A stretch of 64,000 nucleotides of DNA, taken from positions 1,056,001-1,120,000 of the forward strand of contig CAWJTV010000011.1 in assembly GCA_963845755.1 (NCBI GenBank). The letters are read 5' to 3'. This DNA comes from an uncultured Planctomycetota bacterium. Lineage in GTDB: Bacteria; Planctomycetota; Planctomycetia; Isosphaerales; Isosphaeraceae. The notes beneath the pieces were generated by a model. The model saw only the letters and a list, made by a program, of their open reading frames with translations, searched no databases and was not told where the DNA came from. Position numbers and translations under genes: made by a program. Every line of letters starts with the position of its first letter. Position 1 is the stretch's first letter. This document shows positions 45,201-56,358 of this stretch, one piece after another.

Positions 45201-46137
45201 ATACGTGGAGAGATAGGGCACGCGCGAGATGTCGTCGGTGCGCGCCATCTCGGCGCGGCAGTGGTCGAAGTAGGGGCACCACTCGCATCGATAATAGACG
45301 TGCCACGGAGCAAGATCGGCCGGCCGCTCCAGGAGCGGCTGGACTTCCCGTTCCAGGAAATTCTCGAGCGGCGGGCGGATCGATCGCGTGTCCATCGGCT
45401 GGGGCTGGTCGGCATGGGCCAGCCAGATGGCCGCCGTGTCGTCGACCCGGAGCCGCGGCTCGACCCAGTCGTCCAGGACGTGGCGGAGGATCAGGGTGTA
45501 CAGGGTGGCCTGGATGCGATGCGACAGCTTCAAGCCGGGACTGGCCTTGATGTCGACGACCCGCAGGACCGGGCCGGCCTCCGACTTCTCGCAGACGATC
45601 AGGTCGGGCCGGCAGTCGGTCACCTGGACGATGGCCGGGTCGATCCGGTACCGCGCGTAGAACGACGGGGGCGTGATCAGGGTCGGCTGGTAGATCGACT
45701 GGCCCGGCTCGAGTTTCGCCAGGATCCGTCGCGTCTCCGCGGCACCCCAGACGCGGTCCTTCAACCGGGTCTCCGGCTTCCCCTCGGCGATGAACACCCG
45801 GCCCTCGAGCCGGTTCGCCACGACGTCTTCCTCCCAGGTGTATCCCCCTTCCAGGATCGCCGTGGTCACGGGGCTGTGGTCGTAGGGCGGCTCCGGGACC
45901 CCCTCGACGGCCAGTTGCTCCTTGGGCGTGCTGGAATAGCGGAGATACCGCGGGCACTCGTGGAAGAAGTAGCGGGCGATCCGCGACGGGCTGATCAGCT
46001 TCGGGCCCGGCACGCCCGCGATCGGGGCCGGGACCGGCTGGCCGGCAGCCTTCTTGCTCTTTCGCGTCATGCGGCACGGCCGGTTTGGGCTTGATCTCGA
46101 CAGCGGGAGGCCCCACCGGTTTCTTGGCACGAGGCAT
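42218..46137 (-). CDS. Dna2-like fusion: Fe-S PD-(D/E)XK nuclease plus SF1 (UPF1/DNA2-like) helicase, ~1300 aa, several frameshifts
   Basis: HECPR, CRPDLI, VDIKAS, QATLY, CEWCPYFDHC; GPPGTGKT, VVDEGSQ, GDDKQLPP, ENWRM, TVDRMQGQE, NRLNVSIT. Confidence 0.88.
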
Positions 46138-46154
46138 CGGGTATTCCTTGAATT

Positions 46155-46177
46155 TCAGGCTGGGAAGCCTGACCTAC
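46155..46177. repeat. Single family-A REP
   Basis: TCAGGCTGGGAAGCCTGACCTAC. Confidence 0.8.
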
Positions 46178-46203
46178 TCCTTGCCGGCGTTATACCTGTG
46201 TCT

Positions 46204-47385
46204 TCAGAACTGTGGAGGCAAGAAAGCCAGGATCAGCCTTCGATTGGGAGCATATCCTCGTTCTGTCCTCACCAGCAGCTTCAATTTCAGGAGCGCGTTG
46301 ATGTCACGAGACAAGGTCTTGTCCCCTTTGCCGGCATACGCTTCCGCGACACGAACCGAGGCTCTTGTCAACTGTTTGCGTGGCGTGGGGGTATCGGACA
46401 GATCAAGAAGCAGATGCTTTTGCCGCTTGCAGGCTAGGGTGTCCTTATCCCGAAAGACATCGTGCACATGATTCTCCCATGTGACCCGCCATTGTTGATC
46501 GCGGATGTAATCCAATTGCTCCTTCAATCCATCCACAAATCCCTGGATAGCATAGATCATGAATCGAACTACGCCGTCATTGGCCTTGTGCGACTTGTCG
46601 AGTTCCGCGTAATAGCGAGCGCGGGTCTTGTTGTAATGATTGCTCAGGAGGTGGCAAGCTGGTAGCGGAACTCCGGACTGGGCCAGCAGCAAGAATTCGA
46701 TCAATCGCGCCGTGCGACCATTGCCGTCCCCAAAGGGGTGTATCCATGCGATATAGAGATGTGCAAGCATTGTCTTTATGATAGCATAGGCAAATTTCAG
46801 CTCGTGGCTGGGAGGGTCGAATTCGTTGTTCAGCCAATCGCATAAGCGTTCGATGAGATGGGGGCAATCTTGCCAGGGTGCGCCGCGATAGGATGCAACG
46901 CCGACCGATTGCACGCGAAATTCGCCGGGCTTCACATGGTCTTCGACTTCCAGCCCCCGCAACACCAGTCGATTGAATCGGCAGATCAACTCCGGAGTGA
47001 GCTTCGACTTGGGGTCCCGGATCAGCTCGCTCGTGATCGAATTGCAAGCATCAACGACGTTTTGGACCTCGATCGCAAGATACTCCTGGGATTTCGGCAG
47101 CTTGAGTTCTCCCCGGATTTGCTGCTCGACCTGTTCCTCGGAGAGCGTGTTGCCTTCGATGCTCGTTGTGGCGTAAACGCCCTTAGTTAAGTAGAGCACG
47201 TAAAGCCTGGCAGCCACATCCGGCTTGAGTGGGACGCCCGCAATGTGCTGGCACTCGGATTGGGCTTCTCCCAGCATCATCCACAGACCATACGGCGCGT
47301 CTGTCAGGGAGCACTGAAAATTGATCCAGGAATGTGTCTCCTGATATGTCCCTCTAGACAGATAACATAAATTGTGTCTTGACAT
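46204..47385 (-). CDS. Fic-family protein (class II-like)
   Basis: HPFGDGNGRTAR catalytic motif; N-terminal TTSIEGN inhibitory-type motif; lower GC. Confidence 0.93.
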   Translation of the reverse strand: MSRHNLCYLSRGTYQETHSWINFQCSLTDAPYGLWMMLGEAQSECQHIAGVPLKPDVAARLYVLYLTKGVYATTSIEGNTLSEEQVEQQIRGELKLPKSQEYLAIEVQNVVDACNSITSELIRDPKSKLTPELICRFNRLVLRGLEVEDHVKPGEFRVQSVGVASYRGAPWQDCPHLIERLCDWLNNEFDPPSHELKFAYAIIKTMLAHLYIAWIHPFGDGNGRTARLIEFLLLAQSGVPLPACHLLSNHYNKTRARYYAELDKSHKANDGVVRFMIYAIQGFVDGLKEQLDYIRDQQWRVTWENHVHDVFRDKDTLACKRQKHLLLDLSDTPTPRKQLTRASVRVAEAYAGKGDKTLSRDINALLKLKLLVRTERGYAPNRRLILAFLPPQF

Positions 47386-47436
47386 AGTATTACGGAAAAT
47401 CAATCGAGGCCCTTGTCCAATCTCGTGTCCTCTCTC

Positions 47437-47464
47437 ATTGTCCTACGTTTTTTCCCGTTGTCAA
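47437..47464 (-). promoter_or_regulatory. Putative sigma70 promoter for the fic gene
   Basis: Minus strand TTGACA-16 nt-GACAAT; several nearby TGTC(C) boxes. Confidence 0.45.
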
Positions 47465-47533
47465 CGGGTCGCATGCCGGTAATTCGCTCGTGTCCAGTAA
47501 GCAAATGCATCGATCGTCACTGACCACCTGCAA

Positions 47534-49330
47534 CTACTTCCCCCCGACGACGGTGAACTCCGCCGAGGAGTCGCTGGGCTTGTCAACCTCGATCCGGACC
47601 TCGGGCGACTGGCGTTGGGGCATCTCGATGCGGAGGGTCACGGTATGGCGGCCCGGAGTGACGGCCGTGGTGAATTCTCGGGTCCCGGCCGGAGCGGGGA
47701 TGTCGTCGACCCAGAAGCGCATCCCCACGGGGGATAGCGGGCGGATCCGGATCGTGCCTTCGGCCGAGACATTCAGCTCGCCCTGGAGGTAGAGCACGGG
47801 GCTGTGGCTGATGGCGGACGCGTCCTCCAGCGGGAGGGCACCGGCGACCTTGGCATAGACCGTGGTCCAGCGGTCGGGGGGCGCGGTGAGTACCTGGGCG
47901 TGGAGCACCTGCGGCATCGGGATGGCCTCGGCCAGTGCGGGGGGGACCTGCTTGAGGACGCGCCAGGCGCTGGATCGTGGGGATCGTCCGGATGGCATAA
48001 GGACCGGGCCGGCCCAGCTCCGAGAGGAACCGGACGAGGTCGAGGAACTCGGATCGGGTCATCAGGTTGACCAATCCCTTGGGCATCAGGGAGCCGCCGG
48101 CCTTCTGATCCTCGATGGCGGAGACGGGGACGACCCGCAGGGCGCCCGTGGCCTCCTTGAGCACGATCCGCTGGTTGTCCTTGTCGGTGACGATCCCCTG
48201 GTAGACCTGGCCGTCGGTGGTGAGCACGGCGAGGGTGTGGTATTGCTCCTTGATGGACTGGTCGGGGACGAGGATCGCGTTGATGATATAGTCGGGCGGG
48301 GAGCTCAGGCCGATCGAGCTGAGGTCCGGCCCGACGTCGCCGCCGGCCTTGCTCACCGCGTGGCAGGTCATGCAGTTCAGGTCGTTGCGGCGGAAGACCT
48401 GCTCGCCGCGCGCCGGATCGCCCTTGGCGGCGACCTCGGCGACCAGGGCGGCCAGCTCGGCCGGGGTCGGCGGCTTGATCTCGGTCGCGATGCCCGCCGC
48501 GTGGCCGAGCGACTCGGACAGCGCGGAATCACTCAGGCCGAGGGAATACATGCGCGCAGGGCCATCTTGGCGGCATCGCTGGAGATGTGCTGCCGATCGA
48601 TCGCCGCGGCGAGGACGGCGCCGCCACCCTGCCGGTTGAGGAACGCCGCGATCAGGGGCTTGAGGTCGACCCGCTCGGCGACCGCTTGCGGGATCAGCTC
48701 GGCGGCGCGGGCGGCGGCGGCGTTGACGTCCAGCCGGGCCAGCGCCGCGACCGCCAGCACGCGGACGGGCGCCGATGAGCCCGTCCCGGCCAACTCTTCG
48801 ATCCGCGACCGGCCCGCCTGGCCGCCGATCGTCGCCAGGGCCTCGATCGCGGCGGCGCGCAGCTCCTCCTCGGCCGTCGCCGACCGGACGATCTCCCGCA
48901 GGGCATTCACCGCCGACTCGAGCTTCCAGAGGCCCGCGAGCCGGACCGACGATTTCGCCAGGGCCGTCGCCCAGGTTGCCGATCCCCCCGATAAGATCGA
49001 GACCAGCTCGTCGCGACCCCGGCCCGGCTTCATGTCCCGGGTGAGCGCGGCCTCGGCCAGCGCATCCAGCGCCTTGACGCGAATCTCCGGGGCGAAGCCC
49101 CCCCTCATGACCTGGCTATAGATGTAATCCAGGTCGCCCACGGTCCCGCGCTTGCCGATCATCTCGATCACGGTCCCCTGGCGCGCCTCGGGGACGCGGC
49201 CGCTCGCCAGGAGCCTGGCCAGCGGGCCGCCCGAGGTCTGGGCATCTTGCGCGGCCCGCGCCGGGGAGACCGTCAGCAACCCGGCGGCGATCGCCGCGAG
49301 CGAAACAACCCATTTTATAAAGTCAATCAT
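47534..49330 (-). CDS. HEAT-repeat plus c-type cytochrome protein (planctomycete heme-binding type), frameshifted
   Basis: Signal peptide, HEAT-like helices, GDPARGEQVF, CMTCH, GPDLS, SLMPKGL. Confidence 0.85.
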
Positions 49331-49334
49331 GGAT

Positions 49335-51981
49335 TTACTTATTCTGAGATTGGCTCTTGATCCGCTGATCGAGGGTCTTGGTGGTCTCGTTGAGGGTGTA
49401 TTCGAGGTAGTCGTCCTGGGGCTGGACGAGGGATTCCAGGGCGATCTCCTGGGCCTTGGCAGCCTGGCCGCCGTCGAAGAAGCTCAGGGCGCGGACGGCC
49501 TCGAGCCGGACGCGGGGATGGTCGTCGTTGACCTGCTTGCGGAGCAGCTCCAGGGACTCGTCGACGCGGTCGCGCCAGTAGCAGAGGACGCGGGTGGCCG
49601 CGGCGCGGGCCTTGGGCTCGGGGCAGCTCAGAATCTGCTTGAGCAGCGGGACGTCGATCTCGTCGAGGCTCTGGTGCAACCAGAGGGCCTCGAGCATGTG
49701 CCGCCAGTAATCGGCGTCGCCGGTATCCAGGCCGGTCACCCACTTCGCCAGGGCCGAGAGGACGTCCTGGTCGGGCCGCTCGCGGAGCTCGCGGCGCGCC
49801 CGGTAGCGGGCCCGGTCCTCGTACGCCTTGAGCAGGTCGAGCAGCTCGGGGACCGTGGCGCCGGCGATCTTGGGCCGATCGACCAGCGGCCGGCGCGGAT
49901 AGGTGATCCGCCAGATCCGCCCGTGCGTGTGGTCGCGGTTCGGGTCGCGGAGCGAGTGCTGCATATGGCCGATCAGCGGGTTGAACCAGTCGACGACGTA
50001 GAGCGCCCCATCCGGGCCGAATTGCAGCGCGATCGGGCGGAAGTTCGGATCCGACGATCGTAAGAGCGGCTCGACGGCCGCACCCGCGAAGCCCGAGCCG
50101 TCCTCCTTCACGCGATACCGGAGGATGCCCTGGAAGCCGATGTCGTTGTTCAGGAGATAGTCCCCCTGGGTCTCGTGGGGGAAGTGCCGGCTGTAGACCA
50201 GCTCGCAGCCGCAGGTGGGCCGCCACTGCATCGGGAAGAACTGTTTCATCCCGCCGTGCTTCTGCGGATAGACGACCTGGCCCGAGAACGCGGTGCCGTA
50301 ATAGTTCGCCCCGCCGGAGGCATCGGCGACGAAGTTCTGGCCCCAGGCGTCGACGTAATGGCCCCAGGGGTTGGCGAACCCGTACGAGACGAAGATGTCG
50401 AACTTCTTCGTCCGGGGCTCCCAGCGGAAGATCCCCGCCTCCTTGACGCGCTGGGGTCCGTATGGCGTCTCGACCTGGCTGTGATGGAACGTCCCCTCCT
50501 GCCAGTACAGGGCCCCGCCGGGGTCCCACGTGTAGGCGTGCATCGCGTGGTGGCTATCGGCGGTGTCGAAGCCGTGCATGATCAGCTCGCGGGTATCGGC
50601 GCGATCGTCGCCGTCGGTGTCCTTGAGGAACATGAGGTTCGGCATCTGGGAGAGGTAGACGCCGCCGTCGCCGAGCTCGATGCCGGTGGGCACGTGCAGC
50701 CCGTCGGCGAAGACCGTGCATTTGTCGGCCTTGCCATCGCCGTTGGCGTCGTCGAAGATCAGGACCTTGTCGTTCGGCTTCCGGCCGGGCAGGTACATCG
50801 GATACGACGGCATCACCGTGACCCAGAGCCGGCCCTTGGCGTCGAAGGTCATCGCCACGGGATCCTCCAGCGCGGGGAACTCGACCTCGGAGGCGAACAG
50901 GTTGATGGCGTAGCCCTCGGGCAGCGTGAAGGTCTTGATCTCCTCCTCGGGTGTGGTGATGTGGATCCGGCCGTGGAAGTTGGTCTCGACCTGGGCGAAC
51001 GCGCCGGTGTTGCTGTCGTCGATCGTCGCGGGGACGCTCTGACCCCGGGCGATCTCCCAGATCCGGCGCTCGCGGTCCTGGATCATCTTGCGGAGCTTGG
51101 CGAACTCGGCCGGGAAGTTGACGATGCCGAACGGGGCCTTCCGGCCACCGTAGATATAACAGCCGTTGACCGCGCGATAGTCGTAGAAGAACTGGAGGTT
51201 CTTCTCCTGAACGGCGTCGAAGAGGGCCTTCTGGTTGACCTTCTTCGCGATCGGCCTCGGGCCGAAGAGGGCCTCGTCGAGGACCGGAGCCAGCGCCCGG
51301 TAACCCGCGTCGCTGAGGTGGACTCCGTTGATCGTCAAGGGGTGGCTGGCGGCCTGGTAGAGCTTCTGGGACGGCCGGAACAGGTCGACGAAGACGACGT
51401 TGATGCTTCCGGGCCACCTCGCCCATGGCGTCGGTGTAGAGCTTGATGTTCTCGTTGTTCTTCTTGCCGTCGGTGATGTGCGGGTTCTTGAGGTCTTCCT
51501 GGGCGATCGGGGAGAGCAGCACGAGGTGCGGGGCTTCCTTGCCATTGTACTTGGTGGTCGTGGACTCCTGGATGAACCGCTCGAGGTCGCGTCGAAATCG
51601 GGGCAGTCCGGCGGGCCCGGCGAACGACTCGTTGACCCCGAAGACGGCCAGGAGCACGTCGGGCTTCTCGTCCTTGAGGGTGTGGCCGTGGTCGTTGAAA
51701 TGGGCCTGGCGCGGGCGGAGGGTCAGCTCGTCGGCCGAGTATCCCAGGTTGTGGACGACCAGCTCGAGCTGGGGGAACCGGCTATGCAAGAGGGTCTCGA
51801 AGTGGCCGTAATACTGCATCCGCTCGGCCAAGGTGTTACCGATGATGATGATCCGATCGCCCTTGCGCAGCTCCAGGCGCAGCGGATCGGCCGCGACGGC
51901 GGTCCGACCGACGCAGAAGACCACGATCATGCCGGCGGCGGACAGCCAGGTCCCGAACCGTCGTCTCACTCGACTGGTCAT
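49335..51981 (-). CDS. SGNH/GDSL domain plus PVC-type dehydrogenase-like propeller plus HEAT protein, frameshift near 51410
   Basis: IGNTLAE, NLGYSAD, GVNES, NGVHL; FASE..DPVAMTFDAKGRLWV, DTDGDDRAD, HGRIWRI. Confidence 0.85.
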
Positions 51982-52348
51982 CACGGTTTGTGCCTCAGGG
52001 AGGGAGGAATTTCCATCACGGTCGTTGCCGATCCTGCATCAGGGGGCCGCCCCCTTCAGACCAGGAGCCGTACCCCGCGATGCGGGCCGTTCCAGGCCGG
52101 GGATGAACAAGCGGGCTTCAAGGCGGGCCGGTGCCGGGCAGAGAGCACGATGTCACCGTTTCATTAGGTGTACCGCAGCCGCGACGCGCTGTCAAAGGGG
52201 GCGCCAGCCGAGTTGCGAGTGTCGCGCATCGCAGCCGATGCGGCGGCGGTTCGGCCGATCTTTGTACTGGCATGGTGGTTGCTTCAATGTGGCATGACCG
52301 GTCAACCGTAAAGACCACGCGCCCCGAGCCGCTCCGGAGGATGGACCG

Positions 52349-52624
52349 ATGGTCAGGAGTTCGAAAGCCCCGGTGAATCCACGTTGGGTTGCCGGAGTCA
52401 AGACGGTCTCGACGTTCCCTCCCGAAGGGACCTTCACCAAGGACGCCGAGACCATCGCCGAGATCATGGCTCGAAAGGAGGTGAGTCCCAAGGGGATCGG
52501 GTCCGGGATCCGGATGATCCAGTACTTCATCAACCGCGCGGGCAAGAACCTGTCGCCCGAACGGAAGCACGAGTTGGAGAAAGCGAAGAAGATCCTCCAG
52601 GCCCAGGCGCGGGGAGAAGAATAG
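52349..52624 (+). CDS. DUF3175-like small protein
   Basis: PPEGTFT...IRMIQYFINRAGKNLSPERKHELEKAK. Confidence 0.8.
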   Translation: MVRSSKAPVNPRWVAGVKTVSTFPPEGTFTKDAETIAEIMARKEVSPKGIGSGIRMIQYFINRAGKNLSPERKHELEKAKKILQAQARGEE

Positions 52625-53187
52625 GATGTGGCGTTCTCACGGAACACCAACCACCCCGCGGTCGGACGGACCGACTGAAGACGGAAATCGGAAGGTCGCG
52701 TCGGACCACTTGCGATCGAGCCCTCAGCCTTTGAAGAACGGGCTTCGCCCATCGCGAATCGTGGCACAATGTGACACTCTATGATAACAAATCGGCGAGG
52801 CGCGCGAGCGTATCCCCTGGTGTGAAGCGAACTTGGGGAAAAACGCGAAAGGAGTTGGATCAATCCCATTGCGAGTGGTTCGGACCTCTGCGTCGCAGCC
52901 TGTGGCCGCTTCGGGAACGGGCGCACGCGACCGCTCTATTCTTAGTATGCCGCAACTTGGAAATTTCGTTAATGCACCTATGAGCGAAACCGGGCCGCCG
53001 GTCTCCCGAACTTTCGACCACAGCGGCAGATACAAAAATCTCAAAAAGAAAAAGCGCGGTGGATTCGTCGCGGTCCCGAGACCCATGAGAACTGGCAGAA
53101 TCGGCAAAATTCGCCTCGCCGGTCCAGTTTGCGTGGATCGTTGATGGCCCGGGAGCCGGACTCGGAGGTTACTGGACCGAATGGGCT

Positions 53188-53600
53188 GTGAGGTTTTCGG
53201 TCTCGACCGCCGGGGTGGACGATGACAGCGTTGATCTGACTCTGGCTGGCCGGGTCGTCGAGGGTGTTCCATCTCGTCCCAAGATCGACGTGCAGCTCAA
53301 GTGTACTTCAGAGGATGTGCTCCGAGAGCGGGAGGTGGTTTACCCACTGAAGAGGAAGAATAATAATGAACTAACGATCACTATTCGACGACCTGATCGG
53401 CAAGATTGTCATCCGCACGACCGTTGGCGGCCGGTCGGCGCGCGTCAAGGTCGTTCTCGGCCGCGACGACTATCGACGCGCGTGCGATGCCCACCGGGAT
53501 GAAAAGCGTGTCGCCGTCACCGGGATCATCCATCACGACATCAAGATCCGGGTCTACGACCTCTCGGAAGCTGAGGACTTTCAGGTTCTCCATGACGAGT
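53188..53600 (+). pseudogene. Truncated DUF4365-like nuclease fused to a C-terminal remnant of a second gene
   Basis: VDDDSVDLTL...PKIDVQLKCT...YPLKRKN, then remnant VKVVLGRDDYRRACDAHRDEKRVAVTG in another frame. Confidence 0.65.
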
Positions 53601-53875
53601 AGCGCGGTACCGACAGCGTGTCGACGCAGAGGGTCGCCGAGGAAGTCGATTGAGAGTGAGCGCCGGGTGGAACGTTACCCTCCGATCGTGCGACCGGACA
53701 CGACCGGTCGAACGAACCTCGACAGGTCTGACCGCTCGAGCGCTCCGGGAAAAAAGATGAAGGGATCCCTCGACTTTTTCCGCGGGACTTTCTGGAGGGG
53801 CAAGGACCAGTGGCCCTGGCGAAGCAACCTGGCGGGGCGAATGCCCCTCTGCCGCGAGGCGAAAGGAGGCGTGCC

Positions 53876-53983
53876 ATGGTCGATCTCGTACAATGGTCCT
53901 TCGCGATTGCACTTACCCCGATGGCCCTGGGCCTGGCGTGTCGGCTGATCTCCGGGATCGGCAATTCTTCGGGACGGGGATGA
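53876..53983 (+). CDS. 35-aa small hydrophobic peptide
   Basis: AAAGGAGG SD; MVDLVQWSFAIALTPMALGLACRLISGIGNSSGRG*; below the ORF-track cutoff. Confidence 0.5.
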   Translation: MVDLVQWSFAIALTPMALGLACRLISGIGNSSGRG

Positions 53984-54203
53984 ACTCCAACGGGAGAGGC
54001 CGCACCTGGCTCAACGACCGGAGTGCCCGCGAAGGGTCGAGTGCGGAACACGCGGCCCTTCGCCGAGCTCCGACTCACAGCCCCGCACCGACTCGAGACC
54101 GAGAACGCCGTGAACAGATGATGAAGACAATTTTATGTCCGGGTCCGGTGGCTCTCACTTCACGGCCTGGAATGACCCGTAACGCACTTACAGGAGCACA
54201 CCA

Positions 54204-54635
54204 ATGGTTTCTCTCCTACAGCGCGGTGGCAAACTCCCCTTGACGGCATTTGCCCTGGCATTGGTGATCTGGATCTTCTCCAGTTCATCGGTCATGGCCC
54301 AAGGCGGGCATGGTGGTGGCGGCGGCTTCGGTGGCATGGGACACATGGGCGGCATGGGACACATGGGTGGAATTCGCCATCCCGGCTCCGGGGGTCTCGG
54401 CGGAAATGGCTTCTACCCGGGGTTCTATGGCGTGGGCTATGGCGGCTACGGCGTGGGCTATGGCGGCATTGGCGTGGGCTATGGCGGCTACGGCTACGGC
54501 TACGGTTATCCGTACTATGGGGGCTATGGGACGGGCTATGGCCTTCCCTTCTACGGCTATGGCAATGGTTACGGCTATGGCTCGACTTACTACGACACCA
54601 GCTTCCTGGCACCGGCCCTGGGCTTCGGCTATTAA
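54204..54635 (+). CDS. Secreted Gly/Tyr-rich low-complexity protein
   Basis: AGGAG SD, signal peptide, GGMGHM and GVGYGG repeats. Confidence 0.75.
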   Translation: MVSLLQRGGKLPLTAFALALVIWIFSSSSVMAQGGHGGGGGFGGMGHMGGMGHMGGIRHPGSGGLGGNGFYPGFYGVGYGGYGVGYGGIGVGYGGYGYGYGYPYYGGYGTGYGLPFYGYGNGYGYGSTYYDTSFLAPALGFGY

Positions 54636-54797
54636 GAAGCGGGCCGGGAACCCGTTCCTGGATTCTTGGCGATCCCGGACGAAGTTGTGGCAAGGTCTCC
54701 TGACCGTGCGACTGGGCCGACCGAAGGTTTCCCCTGGCCCATCCCGCCGGGAGACCTTCGGCCCGGCTCACGGCGGGGTCGGGAGACCCGCGCCGAG

Positions 54798-54930
54798 CGA
54801 CGATGACAGCGTGGATCTGACCCTTGCCGCCCGGGTCGTCGCGGGCACTCCATCTCGGCCCAAAATCGACGTGCCGCTCAAATGCACCTCGGAGGAGGTG
54901 CTCCAGGAGCGGCGGCCCTGGCTTCCGTAG
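54798..54930 (+). pseudogene. Second DUF4365-like fragment
   Basis: DDDSVDLTLAARVVAGTPSRPKIDVPLKCTSEEVL, paralogous to the fragment at about 53218-53330. Confidence 0.65.
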
Positions 54931-55001
54931 ACGCCTGGGTCGCGACAACTTATCCTGGGGAGAAGGCGCTGAGGTGCGGACTCCACCCCAGGAGGCGAGC
55001 C

Positions 55002-55315
55002 AGGAACACCATCGCGTTGAGAACGCGAGCCGGCCCCGACGGCGTGCTGATGCTGAGCGTCCCGGTGGGGATGTCCGGAGCCAACCGGGAGGTCAAGGTC
55101 GTCGTCGAATCCGTCGAGGGTCGTGTCGGAGAGCCCTCAGGGATGACTCAGGAGGAATGGTCACGATTCGTCGCCGCGACGGCCAGTGCGTGGAAGGGTA
55201 AACTGGAGCGGCCCGAGCAAGGGGTATTCGAAGGCCGGGATCAATGGCCTTGATTGACCTACCCGATACGAATGCCTGGATTGGCTATCTCCGCCGGAAG
55301 GATGTCGCACTACGC
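55002..55315 (+). pseudogene. Decayed antitoxin plus truncated VapC/PIN toxin start
   Basis: AGGAGG SD followed by AGG where ATG is expected; antitoxin-like ORF to 55253; overlapping IDLPDTNAWIGYLR cut off at 55315. Confidence 0.6.
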
Positions 55316-55612
55316 TCACTCTCCGGCCAGCCGCAATACGGTGCGGTAAACGCGGTCTGTCAGATACAACCCGGCTTGACACACGGCGTCAAGGGTCGGT
55401 CGAACGGCCGCGATGCGACCCTGTTCCTTGGCTCTGAGCAAGATGCCGGCCGTTCCGAGCAAGGGGATGTTTCGCCGGATGGCTTCTGTGCGGGCCGCGC
55501 GGTCGTCCAGCACGACGATGGCTCCGGGATTCTCGATGGCCAGCGATAGCCCGGCGAGCTCACCGGCGTCGAGCCGGTTCGGGTCCAGTCCGGGAGCAAT
55601 CCGCGAGACCGG
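55316..55612 (-). repeat. Near-identical partial copy of the DUF3368 gene 3' end (63121-63417)
   Basis: ~297 bp with 2 visible substitutions. Confidence 0.92.
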
Positions 55613-55718
55613 CCAATGCGCCGCCAGGCTTCTTCGAGCAGACGGAGGGCTCGCAGGTTCGGGTCGAACCGCTTCGTCGCCGCGACCAGGGGCAGTTGGA
55701 GAAACGACTCGATCTTGA

Positions 55719-56140
55719 ATGATCGATCTCCTCGATACCAACGCGTGCATCGAATGACCTGCGCCAGCGTAACTCGGCCGTGATCGCTCGGATCGCCGCA
55801 ACGCCCGCGAGCGATATCTGTCTCATGCTCCGTCGTGAAGGCTGAGCTCGTGACCACGGTGCCCATTGCAGTCAGCAGACCCAGGAGTCATCTCATCAAG
55901 AGATCGAGAACTTCGTGCGACCGTTCATCAGTCTTTCCTTCGATGACGGCGCCGCTGACACGAGTATGGCGCGAATCGCTCGCCTCGCCGATGCTCGTAG
56001 TCACGCGGGCATCGCCATCGGGCCTTACGGACCTCCAGGTCGCGGCCATCGTCCTGGTTCATGGCCTGACGCTCGTGACCCACAACGTCATGGAGTTCAG
56101 CCGGGTGACCGGCCTTGAAATGGGAAGACTGGCAGGTGAC
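55719..56140 (+). pseudogene. Frameshifted VapC (PIN) toxin
   Basis: MIDLLDTNACI, SVVKAEL, IAIGPY/DLQVAAI, LTLVTHNVMEFSRV across frames. Confidence 0.8.
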
Positions 56141-56358
56141 GCCGTAAGGCCACCGTTGAGACCCGCCTTCATTGATCCGCGAGTGGTACTCGAACTCGAC
56201 GGCCTGCGATAAACCGCTGGGTGGAGTTCGATTCGCTCATGCCTGATGCCGATGGAATGCCGGGCGAGTCGGATCCATGACTCACCCGGATGCATGGTCA
56301 ACGCTGTTCCGTTATGATGAGACCGGCCTCATCATGAACGCGGAGGGCGACGTCGGCC

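Noticed and set aside
44860..46137. Cas4 / CRISPR adaptation gene
   Set aside because: The Cas4-like domain is fused to an SF1 helicase; no cas1, cas2 or array in the window.
52625..53187. ncRNA or riboswitch in the long lower-GC spacer
   Set aside because: No recognisable motif or convincing stem set by eye; needs an Infernal search.
54300..54590. Gly/Tyr repeats as a RiPP precursor or DNA repeat element
   Set aside because: Explained by a low-complexity secreted protein; no modifying enzymes nearby.
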